From: an uncultured Acidimicrobiales bacterium
GTDB taxonomy: Bacteria; Actinomycetota; Acidimicrobiia; Acidimicrobiales; CAWCAL01
Direction of reading: 5' to 3'
Assembly: GCA_963697385.1 (NCBI GenBank)
Contig: CAVONU010000006.1
Span: forward strand, 213,659 to 277,658
Length of the DNA: 64,000 nucleotides
Part shown: piece by piece, positions 30,087-39,054 of the stretch
Layout of the letters: each line of letters begins with the position of its first letter
How positions within the stretch are numbered: the stretch's first letter is position 1
The notes under the pieces: generated by a model
Seen by the model: the letters and a program-made list of their open reading frames with translations, nothing else
Told to the model about the DNA's origin: nothing
Database searches by the model: none
Made by a program: the position numbers and the translations under genes

Positions 30087-30111
30087 CCACAGCCTGTGCG
30101 AAAGGCTGTGG
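30087..30111. terminator. Hairpin between convergent parB and cwlM-like genes (candidate bidirectional terminator)
   Basis: CCACAGCCT-gtgcgaa-AGGCTGTGG, a 9-bp perfect stem starting 9 nt after the parB stop. No clear U-tract. The left arm is embedded in TTTTCCACA (30083-30091). Confidence 0.45.
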
Positions 30112-30148
30112 TCAATGTCGCGTCGAGCCTCAGAGTCGAGCGGCGAAT

Positions 30149-31129
30149 TCAGCCCTCGAGCGGGGTGGAGCACCACACGGTGACCGCGGTGAGCAGCGCG
30201 TCAGCGATCGTGGGAGCGTGGCGAACCAGCGTCACCGGGGGACCGATCCGGCTCTCCACGGCCGTCATCCGGGTCTCCTTCAGGAGCGGTACCTGACGCC
30301 CGACGCAGTGCCCGGACTGGGGTAGGACGGCGTCGAGCGCCTCGCACACCAGCGAGGCGAGGTGGCGACCCCCCACCGATTCGAAGGTGGGACCCTCGTA
30401 GTACGCGTGCGCCACCCCGTCGGGGACCTGGCTGCGGAGGGAGTAGACGAGGGTGGCGTCGAAGCGGTTGGCCATGGCCGCGCAGGCCGAGGGGTCGGGG
30501 TCGTGCACCACGATGACGCGAGCGCCGGCCTGGAGCAGTCGACGGGCGATCGCCTCGGTCACGGGGGCGGCGCCCCCCGGGTCGGCGACGACGATGCGCT
30601 GGTCGGCGACGGTGGGGGCGCCGGCGGCCAACCGTTCGAGCTCTCGGACCGAGGCCACGGTGTGGGCCGGCCCGGTGCGGCCGGTGAGCCGACCCACGGC
30701 ACGGAGCGACTCGGGGCCGAAGATGCCGTCGCCGTTGAGTCCGATGTTGATCTGGAACTCGGTCAGGGCGGCCGCGGTATCGGGGCCGAACAATCCATCG
30801 ACCCATCCCGCATCGAATCCGAGCGAGCCCAGGGCGGTCTGGAGCTCCAGGACATCGTCGCCACGTAGGAGGGGCGCGGTCAGGTAGAGGAGCCGATCGC
30901 CGAGGTGCCGGCCCGCGTCTTCGAGCGCCGTCCACGTCTGGCGCCCACAGCGACCGTCCACCTCGAGGCCGCGCGCGTCCTGGAACGAGCGCACGGCCGC
31001 CTCGGTCGCCGGGCCGAACTGGCCGACCGGGTCGTCGTCACAGGGGTGGGTCAGGGCCGCCAGCCGACGCTGGAGATCGGCGACGGCGGGACTGGATTGA
31101 CCCGACTGGAGGGGCAGCCCGGGGGTCAA
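30149..31129 (-). CDS. cwlM: CwlM-like protein: two peptidoglycan-binding (PG_binding_1) repeats plus a degenerate amidase_3-like domain
   Basis: 326 aa. Repeats ..VADLQRRLAAL...GQFGPATEAAVRSFQ.. and ..VLELQTALGSLGF..GLFGPDTAAALTEFQ.. Sits next to trxA/trxB, as in mycobacteria. Confidence 0.7.
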   Translation of the reverse strand: MTPGLPLQSGQSSPAVADLQRRLAALTHPCDDDPVGQFGPATEAAVRSFQDARGLEVDGRCGRQTWTALEDAGRHLGDRLLYLTAPLLRGDDVLELQTALGSLGFDAGWVDGLFGPDTAAALTEFQINIGLNGDGIFGPESLRAVGRLTGRTGPAHTVASVRELERLAAGAPTVADQRIVVADPGGAAPVTEAIARRLLQAGARVIVVHDPDPSACAAMANRFDATLVYSLRSQVPDGVAHAYYEGPTFESVGGRHLASLVCEALDAVLPQSGHCVGRQVPLLKETRMTAVESRIGPPVTLVRHAPTIADALLTAVTVWCSTPLEG

Positions 31130-31156
31130 CGGATCACGGTCGTGACACGGGTGAGC

Positions 31157-31480
31157 TCAGAGTGCGGCGTCGATGCGGGCCAGCAGGTCCGGCTTGGGCA
31201 TGGCGCCGACGATGGTCTCGACCGGCGTGCCGTCCTTGAACACCATGAGCGTCGGAATACTGCGCACCCCGTAGCGATGACCGACCTGAACGTTCGAGCC
31301 GGCATCGATGTCGACCTTGCCGATGCTGATCGAGTCGGCTCGCTCGTCGGCGATCTCCTCGAGAATCGGTGCGATCATCTTGCACGGGCCACACCACTCG
31401 GCCCAGAAATCGACGACGGCGACCTCGTTGCCGGCGATGAACTCGTCGAAGCTGCCTTCGGTGAGTGTCGTAATTGCCAT
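31157..31480 (-). CDS. trxA: Thioredoxin
   Basis: Internal ATG 31480 of track ORF 31157..31582, with GAAGGA upstream. MAITTLTEGSFDEFI...WAEWCGPCKM. 107 aa. Confidence 0.95.
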   Translation of the reverse strand: MAITTLTEGSFDEFIAGNEVAVVDFWAEWCGPCKMIAPILEEIADERADSISIGKVDIDAGSNVQVGHRYGVRSIPTLMVFKDGTPVETIVGAMPKPDLLARIDAAL

Positions 31481-31552
31481 GTGGATTCGATCCTTCTGTG
31501 GTCGAGCGGCGCCGGTTGGACCGCCGCCCCTGGTGAGCAGTTCCCCATGGGA

Positions 31553-31578
31553 AACGGTGACCGATGGCCAATCATTCC
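31553..31578 (-). promoter_or_regulatory. SigR/SigH-type ECF promoter motif GGAAT-N18-GTT upstream of trxA
   Basis: The minus strand reads GGAATgattggccatcggtcaccGTT. It sits ~70 nt upstream of the trxA ATG, within a 228-bp trxB-trxA spacer. Confidence 0.45.
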
Positions 31579-31708
31579 ACATGGCGGCTCCGGAATTCGA
31601 TGCCGGCTTCGCCTTTCCGGTGGCACACCATCGATGGAGGGCCAGATGTGTGCAACGCTACTGTAAAGAGATTGATGGGGCTCGGGGACGCACGCGAGCG
31701 GGTCCGGG

Positions 31709-32677
31709 TCAGACCGGTGCGTGCACGTTGGCTTCGAGCCAGCGCTCGGCGTCGATGGCCGCCATACATCCCGACCCGGCCGAGGTGACGGCCTGCCGAT
31801 AGATGTCGTCCTGGACGTCGCCGCACACGAACACGCCGTCGACGTTGCTGGCCGATCGACCCGGTTCGGTGAGCAGATATCCGCTGTCCTTCATGTCAAG
31901 GTGACCCTTGAACAGGTCGGTATTGGGGCGGTGGCCGATCGCCACGAAGAGCCCGGACACCGGCAGCGTCTCGGTGTGGTCGGTGTGGACGTCGCGGACG
32001 ACGATCCCCTCGACCGAGGTGTCACCCACGATGGCATCGACCACCGCGTTCCAGCGGAAGATGATCTTCGGGTTGGCCATGGCCCGGTCCTGCATGATCT
32101 TCGAGGCGCGCAGTTCATCGCGCCGGTGGATCAGGGTGACCGACCGGGCGAACTTGGTGAGGAAGGTGGCCTCCTCGAGGGCCGAATCGCCCCCGCCCAC
32201 CACGGCGATGTCCTGGTCCCGGAAGAAGAACCCGTCACAGGTGGCACAGGTCGAGACGCCGTGTCCGATCAGCTCCTGCTCCTTGTCGATTCCCAGCATC
32301 AGGGAACGGGCACCGGTCGAGACGATCACCGCGTCCGCCGTGTAGGAGGGCTCCGGCGCGTCGGGATCGCCCACCCACAGCGCGAACGGACGCTGGGAGA
32401 AGTCGACGCGGGTGACCTTGTCGGTCAGGAAGTCGGTACCGAACCGCGCCGCCTGCTCGCGGAACTTGGCCATGAGCTCGGGGCCCATCACCCCATCGGG
32501 AAATCCGGGGTAGTTCTCGACGTCGGTGGTCAGCATGAGCTGCCCCCCGGGCTGGTCGCTGGTGGAGGACGGCGCACCCTCGATCACCAGCGGCTCGAGG
32601 TTGGCGCGGGCGGCGTAGATGGCGGCCGTGAGCCCGGCCGGACCCGATCCGATGATCACGACAGTGCGGGATGACAC
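31709..32677 (-). CDS. trxB: Thioredoxin-disulfide reductase
   Basis: Motifs GSGPAG, the redox CATCDG, and GGGDSA. Start set at GTG 32677, which has AAGGAG 6 nt upstream. The track ORF extends to 32713. Confidence 0.95.
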   Translation of the reverse strand: MSSRTVVIIGSGPAGLTAAIYAARANLEPLVIEGAPSSTSDQPGGQLMLTTDVENYPGFPDGVMGPELMAKFREQAARFGTDFLTDKVTRVDFSQRPFALWVGDPDAPEPSYTADAVIVSTGARSLMLGIDKEQELIGHGVSTCATCDGFFFRDQDIAVVGGGDSALEEATFLTKFARSVTLIHRRDELRASKIMQDRAMANPKIIFRWNAVVDAIVGDTSVEGIVVRDVHTDHTETLPVSGLFVAIGHRPNTDLFKGHLDMKDSGYLLTEPGRSASNVDGVFVCGDVQDDIYRQAVTSAGSGCMAAIDAERWLEANVHAPV

Positions 32678-32708
32678 GGTGAACTCCTTGATAGCGATCT
32701 CGTTCTGC

Positions 32709-32735
32709 AACACCCCGTGATCGACGGGCTATTCC
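32709..32735 (-). promoter_or_regulatory. SigR/SigH-type ECF promoter motif GGAAT-N19-GTT upstream of trxB
   Basis: The minus strand reads GGAATagcccgtcgatcacggggtGTT. The -35 element overlaps the stop of the upstream small membrane gene. The predicted TSS lies ~25 nt before GTG 32677. Confidence 0.4.
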
Positions 32736-33091
32736 CCGTGCGCGTGCCGAGCCGGTTCAGGCGTCGTAGGGAACCGTTTGGTCCACACGAACAGCCCGAT
32801 CGCCACGAAGAGGACGCCGAGCGTCAGGTAGCTCACCCAGATCGGCGCGGTCGAGGCGATGCCGAGCTTGTCGAAGACGAAGCCCCAGAACTTGTCGAGC
32901 AGGCGGATCAGGCCGATTACCAGCCCGGCCACCGTCGGGACGATGATGAACAGCATGGCCACGCCGTAGACGACCGCTCGTCCGGCCTTGAGTGCCGGTC
33001 CCGTCGTCTTCTCCCGGACGAGATCGACCACGTCGACGACGCGGTCCGCCGCCTCGACGGCCCAGTCCCTGGTGGGTTCCACGTCACTCAT
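32729..33091 (-). CDS. Small membrane protein (2 TM), hypothetical
   Basis: 120-aa ORF with high GC3. Two hydrophobic helices (VVYGVAMLFIIVPTVAGLVIGLI and IWVSYLTLGVLFVAIGLFVW). Confidence 0.6.
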   Translation of the reverse strand: MSDVEPTRDWAVEAADRVVDVVDLVREKTTGPALKAGRAVVYGVAMLFIIVPTVAGLVIGLIRLLDKFWGFVFDKLGIASTAPIWVSYLTLGVLFVAIGLFVWTKRFPTTPEPARHAHGE

Positions 33092-33237
33092 GGCGCAACC
33101 CTAGTAGGACGACACCGCGGGCTCATCCGGGGTGCCGGTGCGGTGCAGGAGTTCGACGCGTCGGCACCGCGCCACGCCCGGGTTCGCCGAACTGCCAAGG
33201 CGCCCGCTCGGCGCGACGCGCCTCCCGACGAGCTCCC

Positions 33238-34185
33238 TCAGTTGGCGCTGACCTGGGCCAGGATCTCGCAGGTCGGGCTCAGGACGGTCACCGCCAGCAC
33301 CGCCGAACCGTCCACATCGACGACGAACAGGGCGACCTGGGACTGGTACGACCCCTCGACCACCAGGTCGGCGGGGTGGCGGACCAGATCGCCGCACATC
33401 GCCCGGAGCAGCTGGCGTCCGACGGCCGGATCGGCGGGCGGCGACGAGGACCGGAACCGGATGATGGCATCGAGCAGTTCGTCGTCAGAGGTCTCCCCAT
33501 CGGCGAACGACTCGGACTCTTCGCTGCCGACCGCCAGCGAGGGGAGGCTCAGGGCGGGCGCATCCTCGGCTTCGGCGGTCTGGGGTTCGGCGGCGGCGGT
33601 GTCGGCGGCCCGGTCGGCGTTGGTGATGCCCTCCTCCGAGACTCCGGTCTCGTCGGCCATCGCATCGGCTCCGGCGGAGCTGGTCGCAGGGGCGGTGGCC
33701 GCCTCGGCTTCGCCGCCGGCGGTGTCGGCCGGGTCGGCCCCTTCGTCGTCGAAGGACGAAGCGAGATCGTCCTGACCCCCGTCGAGCACCGACGGCAGGA
33801 CGATCGCGCCGAGCAGGAGCACGGCCGCAGCCACGGCGACGGGAGCCAGGCGACGAAGCCGCGCCGAGCGGCGGACACGATGCTGGTCCAGTGACCGCAC
33901 CGGGGCCACGGCGGCGGAGGGCACCGGTGCCGGGGCCTCGTGGTCGGCCGTGCCGACCGAGATCGCACGGGCGATCATCCGATCGCGGATCTCCTCGGAC
34001 GGGGGATCGGGCCGAACTGCCACCCGATCACGGAGGTGGCTGAGATCGCGGATGCGGTCGTCCAGGTCGGCCCGGGTGGCGTCGTCGAGGGCGTTGGTCG
34101 CGGCGGCGCGATCGATCTCACCGTCGAGCAGGGCGGAGGCGAGGTCGTCGAGGTGATCGAGAGGTTCGGGGTCGGAGTCGGTCAT
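33238..34185 (-). CDS. Membrane-spanning anti-sigma factor (anti-SigM-like, no zinc motif)
   Basis: ATGA overlap with the upstream ECF sigma gene. N-terminal LDDLASALLDGEID.. segment, a single TM (LAPVAVAAAVLLLGAIVL), and an acidic Ala-rich ectodomain. Confidence 0.65.
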   Translation of the reverse strand: MTDSDPEPLDHLDDLASALLDGEIDRAAATNALDDATRADLDDRIRDLSHLRDRVAVRPDPPSEEIRDRMIARAISVGTADHEAPAPVPSAAVAPVRSLDQHRVRRSARLRRLAPVAVAAAVLLLGAIVLPSVLDGGQDDLASSFDDEGADPADTAGGEAEAATAPATSSAGADAMADETGVSEEGITNADRAADTAAAEPQTAEAEDAPALSLPSLAVGSEESESFADGETSDDELLDAIIRFRSSSPPADPAVGRQLLRAMCGDLVRHPADLVVEGSYQSQVALFVVDVDGSAVLAVTVLSPTCEILAQVSAN

Positions 34186-34802
34186 GGTTGCATTCTTGGA
34201 CGATCGCCGGGCGGGTTCTGGTTCCCGGAACCCGCGTGGGGTCGATCGGGCTGGTCGGCTCCGAGCAGCTCGGCGAGATGGCGCCTGCCCCGGGCGATGC
34301 GGGAACGAACCGTACCGGGCGGAATCCCCAATTGGTCCGCGATCTCGGCGTAGTCGAGTCCCCCGATGTCACGCAGGACGACGGGTTCACGCCACTCCGG
34401 ACGGAGGCGGCAGAGGGCCTGATCGAGGGCCAGGCGGTCGCTGATCTGTTGGTCGAGCAGGGGAGCGCCGTCCTCGGGGGCTTCCTCGACCTCGGGGAGT
34501 CCGGGGTCGGCTCGGCGTTTGCGTCGGCGGAGCTCGTCGAGGCACGCGTTGCTGGCCACGCGGTAGGCCCACGTCCCGAACCTGGCGCGCCCGTCGAATC
34601 GGGGGAGGCCGCGCACGATGGCGATCAGGGCGTCCTGGGTGGCGTCGAGGGCGTCGGCGTCGTTGCCGGCGATCCGGCGGCACACCGCGTAGATCCGGTC
34701 GTAGTGGGTGCGCAACAGGGTGTCGAGCGCGAGTTCATCCCCGTTCTGGGCCCGCTCGATCAGGTCACGCTCGTCGTCCGGAAGCAGGTCAGCCGAAGAC
34801 AT
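34182..34802 (-). CDS. ECF (group 4) RNA polymerase sigma factor, SigM-like by position
   Basis: Internal ATG 34802 of over-long track ORF 34182..35330. Sequence MSSADLLPDDERDLIERAQNGDELALDTLL... with region 2 (..FGTWAYRVASNACLDELRR) and region 4 (..LDYAEIADQLGIPPGTVRSRIARGR). Confidence 0.9.
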   Translation of the reverse strand: MSSADLLPDDERDLIERAQNGDELALDTLLRTHYDRIYAVCRRIAGNDADALDATQDALIAIVRGLPRFDGRARFGTWAYRVASNACLDELRRRKRRADPGLPEVEEAPEDGAPLLDQQISDRLALDQALCRLRPEWREPVVLRDIGGLDYAEIADQLGIPPGTVRSRIARGRRHLAELLGADQPDRPHAGSGNQNPPGDRPRMQP

Positions 34803-36333
34803 CGATCTCCGCGATCCGCACTCGGAAGCGGTCCTCGTCGGGCGCGAGCCGGGTGAACCAGATGAGGACATGACCGGCCTCGACCGGGTCGATCTCGAAG
34901 GTCGTGGTGCCGGCCTCGACGCCCGAGATGCTGGTGCGGGGCTCCCCCCACGACTCGAGGGTGTCGCCCGGGTCGGTCGCCGCATAGACCGTCGCGTCCC
35001 ATCCTGCGCTGGGGCTCGCGATCTGGATCGCCTCGACGGTCGTGGGGGTGTCGAGCACGACGTGGTACCCCACGCCGGCCTTCGGGTCCATCGTCGGCGA
35101 GCGGTAGCCCTCGGATCTCCACGCCGTCTCCGGATCGCCGTCCAGTGCCTGCGGCACGAGGGAGTTGTTCTCGCCCGGCGTCCCGGTGCCGAGCGGATCG
35201 AAGGCCCGTCCTTCGGCGATTGCGACGCCGACCGGGGGAAGGGTTTCGCTGGAGCCATCGGGGCTCCCGCTGGGCCCGGCGACGGGATCCTCGTCCTCGT
35301 CGAACAGCATCCAGGCGACCGTCGCCGCAATGGCGCAGACGATCAGCAGGACCACCACCGGGAGGAATCGGCGGGGAGGGGGATCGACCGACGGGTCCGG
35401 GTCGTCGTCCACGGCGGCGCGCGGCGCAGCGAGCTCCAGCACGGTGGTGGAGTCGTCGGGCTGGACCAGCGGCGCACCCGGATCGACCGCAGTGCCGTGG
35501 CGGAGGGCCTCGGCCATGGCACCCGCATCGGAGAAGCGGTGGTCGGGCCGCCGTTCCAGGGCCTTGGTGACGACCGTGTCGAGCCACAGCGGTACGGCGG
35601 TGTCCCGGTCGGCGAGCGCCGGCGGATCCTGGTGGAGACGAGCCAGAGCGGTGGCGGCTTCGGTATCGGAGTCGAACGGTGGGGCTCCGGCCAGCATCTC
35701 GTAGAGCACGGCCCCGAGCGAGTAGACGTCGGTGCGGGGGTCTGCGGTGTCGCCCCGGAGTTGTTCGGGCGCGACGTACTTGGCGGTGCCGAGGACCGAG
35801 CCGGTATCGGTGAGATCCCTCCCGCCCTCCGCCTTGGCGATGCCGAAGTCGGCCACGAGGACGCGACCGTCATCGGCCAGCATGATGTTGGCGGGTTTGA
35901 CGTCTCGGTGGACGATGCCCGAGAGGTGCGCCGCGTGCAGCGCGTCGGCGACATCGGCCGTGATCTCGACCGCGCGCGCTGGTCTGAGCGCTCCGTGGTC
36001 CTCCAGGTGCTCCCGAAGGGTCTTCCCCTTGACCAGCTCCATCACGATCGCGTCGACGCCCGCGCTGGACACCGTGTCGTAGACCGACACGATGCACCGA
36101 TGATTCAGCCGCGCCGCCGCACGGGCCTCATGACGGAATCGGGCGACGAATCCGGCGTCGTCGGCCAGGTGACCATGCAGGATCTTGACGGCCACCCACC
36201 GATCCAGGGTCAGGTCCAGGGCGCGCCAGACCTGTGCCATCCCCCCGGTGGCCAGGAGATCATGGAGTTCGTACCGTTCGGCGAGCCGAGCACCGGGCGC
36301 GACGGTACGGCCCTCTGATGACGATGTGTCCAC
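34789..36333 (-). CDS. Transmembrane Ser/Thr protein kinase with discoidin/CBM-like extracellular domain
   Basis: 514 aa. Motifs GGMAQVW..VAVK, HRDVKPANIM, DFGIAK, APE. One TM (VVVLLIVCAIAATVAWML). The ectodomain contains ALDGDPETAWRSEGY. The 3' end overlaps the sigma gene start by 14 nt. Confidence 0.9.
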   Translation of the reverse strand: MDTSSSEGRTVAPGARLAERYELHDLLATGGMAQVWRALDLTLDRWVAVKILHGHLADDAGFVARFRHEARAAARLNHRCIVSVYDTVSSAGVDAIVMELVKGKTLREHLEDHGALRPARAVEITADVADALHAAHLSGIVHRDVKPANIMLADDGRVLVADFGIAKAEGGRDLTDTGSVLGTAKYVAPEQLRGDTADPRTDVYSLGAVLYEMLAGAPPFDSDTEAATALARLHQDPPALADRDTAVPLWLDTVVTKALERRPDHRFSDAGAMAEALRHGTAVDPGAPLVQPDDSTTVLELAAPRAAVDDDPDPSVDPPPRRFLPVVVLLIVCAIAATVAWMLFDEDEDPVAGPSGSPDGSSETLPPVGVAIAEGRAFDPLGTGTPGENNSLVPQALDGDPETAWRSEGYRSPTMDPKAGVGYHVVLDTPTTVEAIQIASPSAGWDATVYAATDPGDTLESWGEPRTSISGVEAGTTTFEIDPVEAGHVLIWFTRLAPDEDRFRVRIAEIDVFG

Positions 36334-36344
36334 CGAGGGTCACG

Positions 36345-38297
36345 CTAGTGGTCCACGCCGGTCGACTCGTGGCGTCGGACCGGCTCGTCGCGCTCGACCA
36401 GGCGGCGGTCACGACGGCCGTCCCGGAAGTGGCGGGCCCACCAGACGAGCAGGACCAGCAACGACCCGGCGGTGAGGGCGATACCGACACCGTTGAGCAC
36501 GGTGGTACGCACCGAGAAGCGGCCCTCGGCCAGGACCCGGGCTCCCCGGGGTGTCGAGACGGTCACATCCAGGGGAAACGAGCCCGCCGCTCTGGCCCGC
36601 ACCGGGATGCGAAGATCGTTGGCACCGGTCGCGAGACGGACGGCGATGCCGTTGCGGCCCTGTTGAGGAACCTCCAATCGGGTGCTGTCGAGCTTGACCA
36701 CAACGTTGGCTTCGTAGCCCAGATCGTTGTTGATCCGGATGGGCAGCTCCGCCTCGCGTTCGGTGAGCGTGACGGTCTGCCGGTCCGGGATCGTGATCCC
36801 GGACAGCTGCGCATCGACGATGGCGCGCGCCCGAGCGAACCATTCGTCGGCATCGTCGACGACGTCCATGGCCGCGGTGGCATCCAGCGTGGCCTCGAGC
36901 TCGGTCGCTCGATCATCGGTGTTCACGAGCACCGAGTCCCACACCCGGGTGGCGTCGATCGCGGCCGCCAGGCCCTCTGCGTAGCCGCCGAGCGACGGCG
37001 GTGGGCGTCGGGCCATCGAGAACGTGCCCTCGACATCGGTGGAGAAGAGCGCGTCGGCCGCGTCGGTGGCCCGGAGGATGCGGCCCAACCCGTCGGTCGC
37101 GTCCAACAGGACGGCGAGCACCTCGGCTCCCAATGCGGCGGGATCCTCGATCCAGAGCAGCACGCTCCTCTGGTCGTTCGGTCGGTCGAAGAACAACACG
37201 GCCAGGTCGGCCAGCATGTGGTGCACCCCGAGCAGGGGGTCGCCGTCGGCTCCCGAGAGGTGATCCTGGAGCCGCTCGTCCACCACCAGGGCCTCCAGCT
37301 CGCTGCCATCCAGCCGGGCCGGGTGGAGTCGCCCGACGGTGGGCGGCTCGAGACCGACGGCGAGATCGGAGGACGTGATGAGCAGGTCGGCCCCGGCGAA
37401 GGTGAGCACGTCGCGTTTGAGCGCGGTCACCGGTCCCTGCTGGATGGCGGCGGTCGCCCGGTCGATTCCGGCTGCGTCGATCGCGGCGCGACCGCGCTCG
37501 ATCTGATGGTCGAGCTGGTCGCCGAGGTCGGGCTCGGACAGCCACGCCCCCAGATCGAGCCCAGCCCACGGGCCGTCCGGAACCGCGACCGAGGACCGGC
37601 TGAGACGGTCGCGATCCACTTCGTCGAGCGCGTCGATCGTCTCGGGCGTGAGGTCGTACAGAAACGGCACGCCGGGCTCCCGATCGGCGGCGGAGGCGAC
37701 CGCGATGGTGTTGGCGAGGGCAGCATCGTCCAGTCGGACGGACCCGTCGGGTCGCGTCGCGGTCGTGGTCGGCCCGGCGACCGCCAGGACCGATGCCAGC
37801 GCCGGAAACGCTCCCTCGGCCGGACTCAGGACGATGTGGGTCAGGAGGGAACCCGTTCTGTTTCCGTCGCCGTCGAAACTCCTGATTTCCAGCGGGTAGA
37901 CCCCGGCGCTGGGGAGATCGAGCGGCTCACCATCCGATTCCGGGGGGGCGGGCTGGATCGGGATCTCGAGCCTCCAGCGGCCGGATCCATCGTCGGCCAG
38001 CGGGCGCGTCGGACCGATCTGCGGGCCGAGGTCGCCCCCGGCCAACTGGGTGCGGAAGCGGGAGCGGCCACCGGATCCGACCAGTTCGTCGTGGACCGAT
38101 GCCTCGACGGTGGCGGCGCCCGGCGCGTGCACCAGCACCTCGAACGTCCCGCCCTCATCGACCCACGGGGTCCGACGCAGCAGGACGATCGCCGCCGACG
38201 AAGCCTCCTGCGCGGCGACGGTCGGTGCCCCGGTCGCGCCGATGCTGATCACCAGGCTGAGCACGAGGATCAGCCCTCCCGCACGGGGCCGGGGCAC
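36345..38297 (-). CDS. Large secreted, C-terminally anchored protein (position of Rv3909/DUF6049-type proteins)
   Basis: 650 aa. Signal peptide, Ala/Asp-rich body, C-terminal TM (GIALTAGSLLVLLVWW) and a basic tail. The family name is recalled from synteny only. Confidence 0.6.
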   Translation of the reverse strand: MPRPRAGGLILVLSLVISIGATGAPTVAAQEASSAAIVLLRRTPWVDEGGTFEVLVHAPGAATVEASVHDELVGSGGRSRFRTQLAGGDLGPQIGPTRPLADDGSGRWRLEIPIQPAPPESDGEPLDLPSAGVYPLEIRSFDGDGNRTGSLLTHIVLSPAEGAFPALASVLAVAGPTTTATRPDGSVRLDDAALANTIAVASAADREPGVPFLYDLTPETIDALDEVDRDRLSRSSVAVPDGPWAGLDLGAWLSEPDLGDQLDHQIERGRAAIDAAGIDRATAAIQQGPVTALKRDVLTFAGADLLITSSDLAVGLEPPTVGRLHPARLDGSELEALVVDERLQDHLSGADGDPLLGVHHMLADLAVLFFDRPNDQRSVLLWIEDPAALGAEVLAVLLDATDGLGRILRATDAADALFSTDVEGTFSMARRPPPSLGGYAEGLAAAIDATRVWDSVLVNTDDRATELEATLDATAAMDVVDDADEWFARARAIVDAQLSGITIPDRQTVTLTEREAELPIRINNDLGYEANVVVKLDSTRLEVPQQGRNGIAVRLATGANDLRIPVRARAAGSFPLDVTVSTPRGARVLAEGRFSVRTTVLNGVGIALTAGSLLVLLVWWARHFRDGRRDRRLVERDEPVRRHESTGVDH

Positions 38298-39007
38298 TAC
38301 GTCGTCGCCTCGTGGACCAGCACACTCAGCCCATGGGGCTGGAGGTCGAAGCCCATCCCCTCGTAGAGCGCGATCGCACGATGGTTCCCGATCTGGGTGT
38401 TGACCAGGACGGAGGCGGCCCGGCGTCGTTCCAGCCAGCCCAGCGCGTCGACCAGCAGTCGTCGGGCGAGGCCCGAACCCTGGTGCCCGGGATCGACCGC
38501 CAGTCGCTGGATGTAGCCCCGGCGGGCCGCACTGCCGCAGATGGCGTATCCCTGCACCGGGCGCCCGACGACGCGGAACCGACTCTGCGGGGTGGCCGCC
38601 ACCGCTTCCTCGATGCCGTCGCGGCCCAGCCGCCAGAACGGTTCGAAGGCGGCGTGGTCGACCTGGAGGACATCGTCGAGATCAGAGCGTCGGGCCCGGC
38701 GCGTTCCGGGTCGCGGGCCCGGTGGAGGTGGTGGACGCAGGTTCCGCCGCAGGAGGTGGAGTCGCTCGTGCACGGCGAACCCTGCGGCGAGGAACGGCGC
38801 GCAGTCCTGCTCCGCCAGCGCCGGCGTGAGGACCCGGCGTACGCCGTCGCGATGGAGCGCTGCGGTGACGTCGTCGATCTCGTCGACCGAGAGCAGTCCG
38901 ACGGGATGGGGGACGAGCTGACTGGTGTGTTCGTCACCGTGCCACGGCGCAACGCGCAGGCGGCTCCGAGGAGCGCCGTGACGTGATCGGGGGCTGGTCG
39001 ACGACAC
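38297..39007 (-). CDS. GNAT family N-acetyltransferase
   Basis: 236 aa. Acetyl-CoA motif region RLAVDPGHQGSGLARRLL. Its stop overlaps the start of the downstream gene by 1 nt. Confidence 0.75.
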   Translation of the reverse strand: MSSTSPRSRHGAPRSRLRVAPWHGDEHTSQLVPHPVGLLSVDEIDDVTAALHRDGVRRVLTPALAEQDCAPFLAAGFAVHERLHLLRRNLRPPPPPGPRPGTRRARRSDLDDVLQVDHAAFEPFWRLGRDGIEEAVAATPQSRFRVVGRPVQGYAICGSAARRGYIQRLAVDPGHQGSGLARRLLVDALGWLERRRAASVLVNTQIGNHRAIALYEGMGFDLQPHGLSVLVHEATT

Positions 39008-39054
39008 GGAGGGAGGTTAGATGCGCGAGCGGGGCAGCGCAGTACGCTCGGAAC

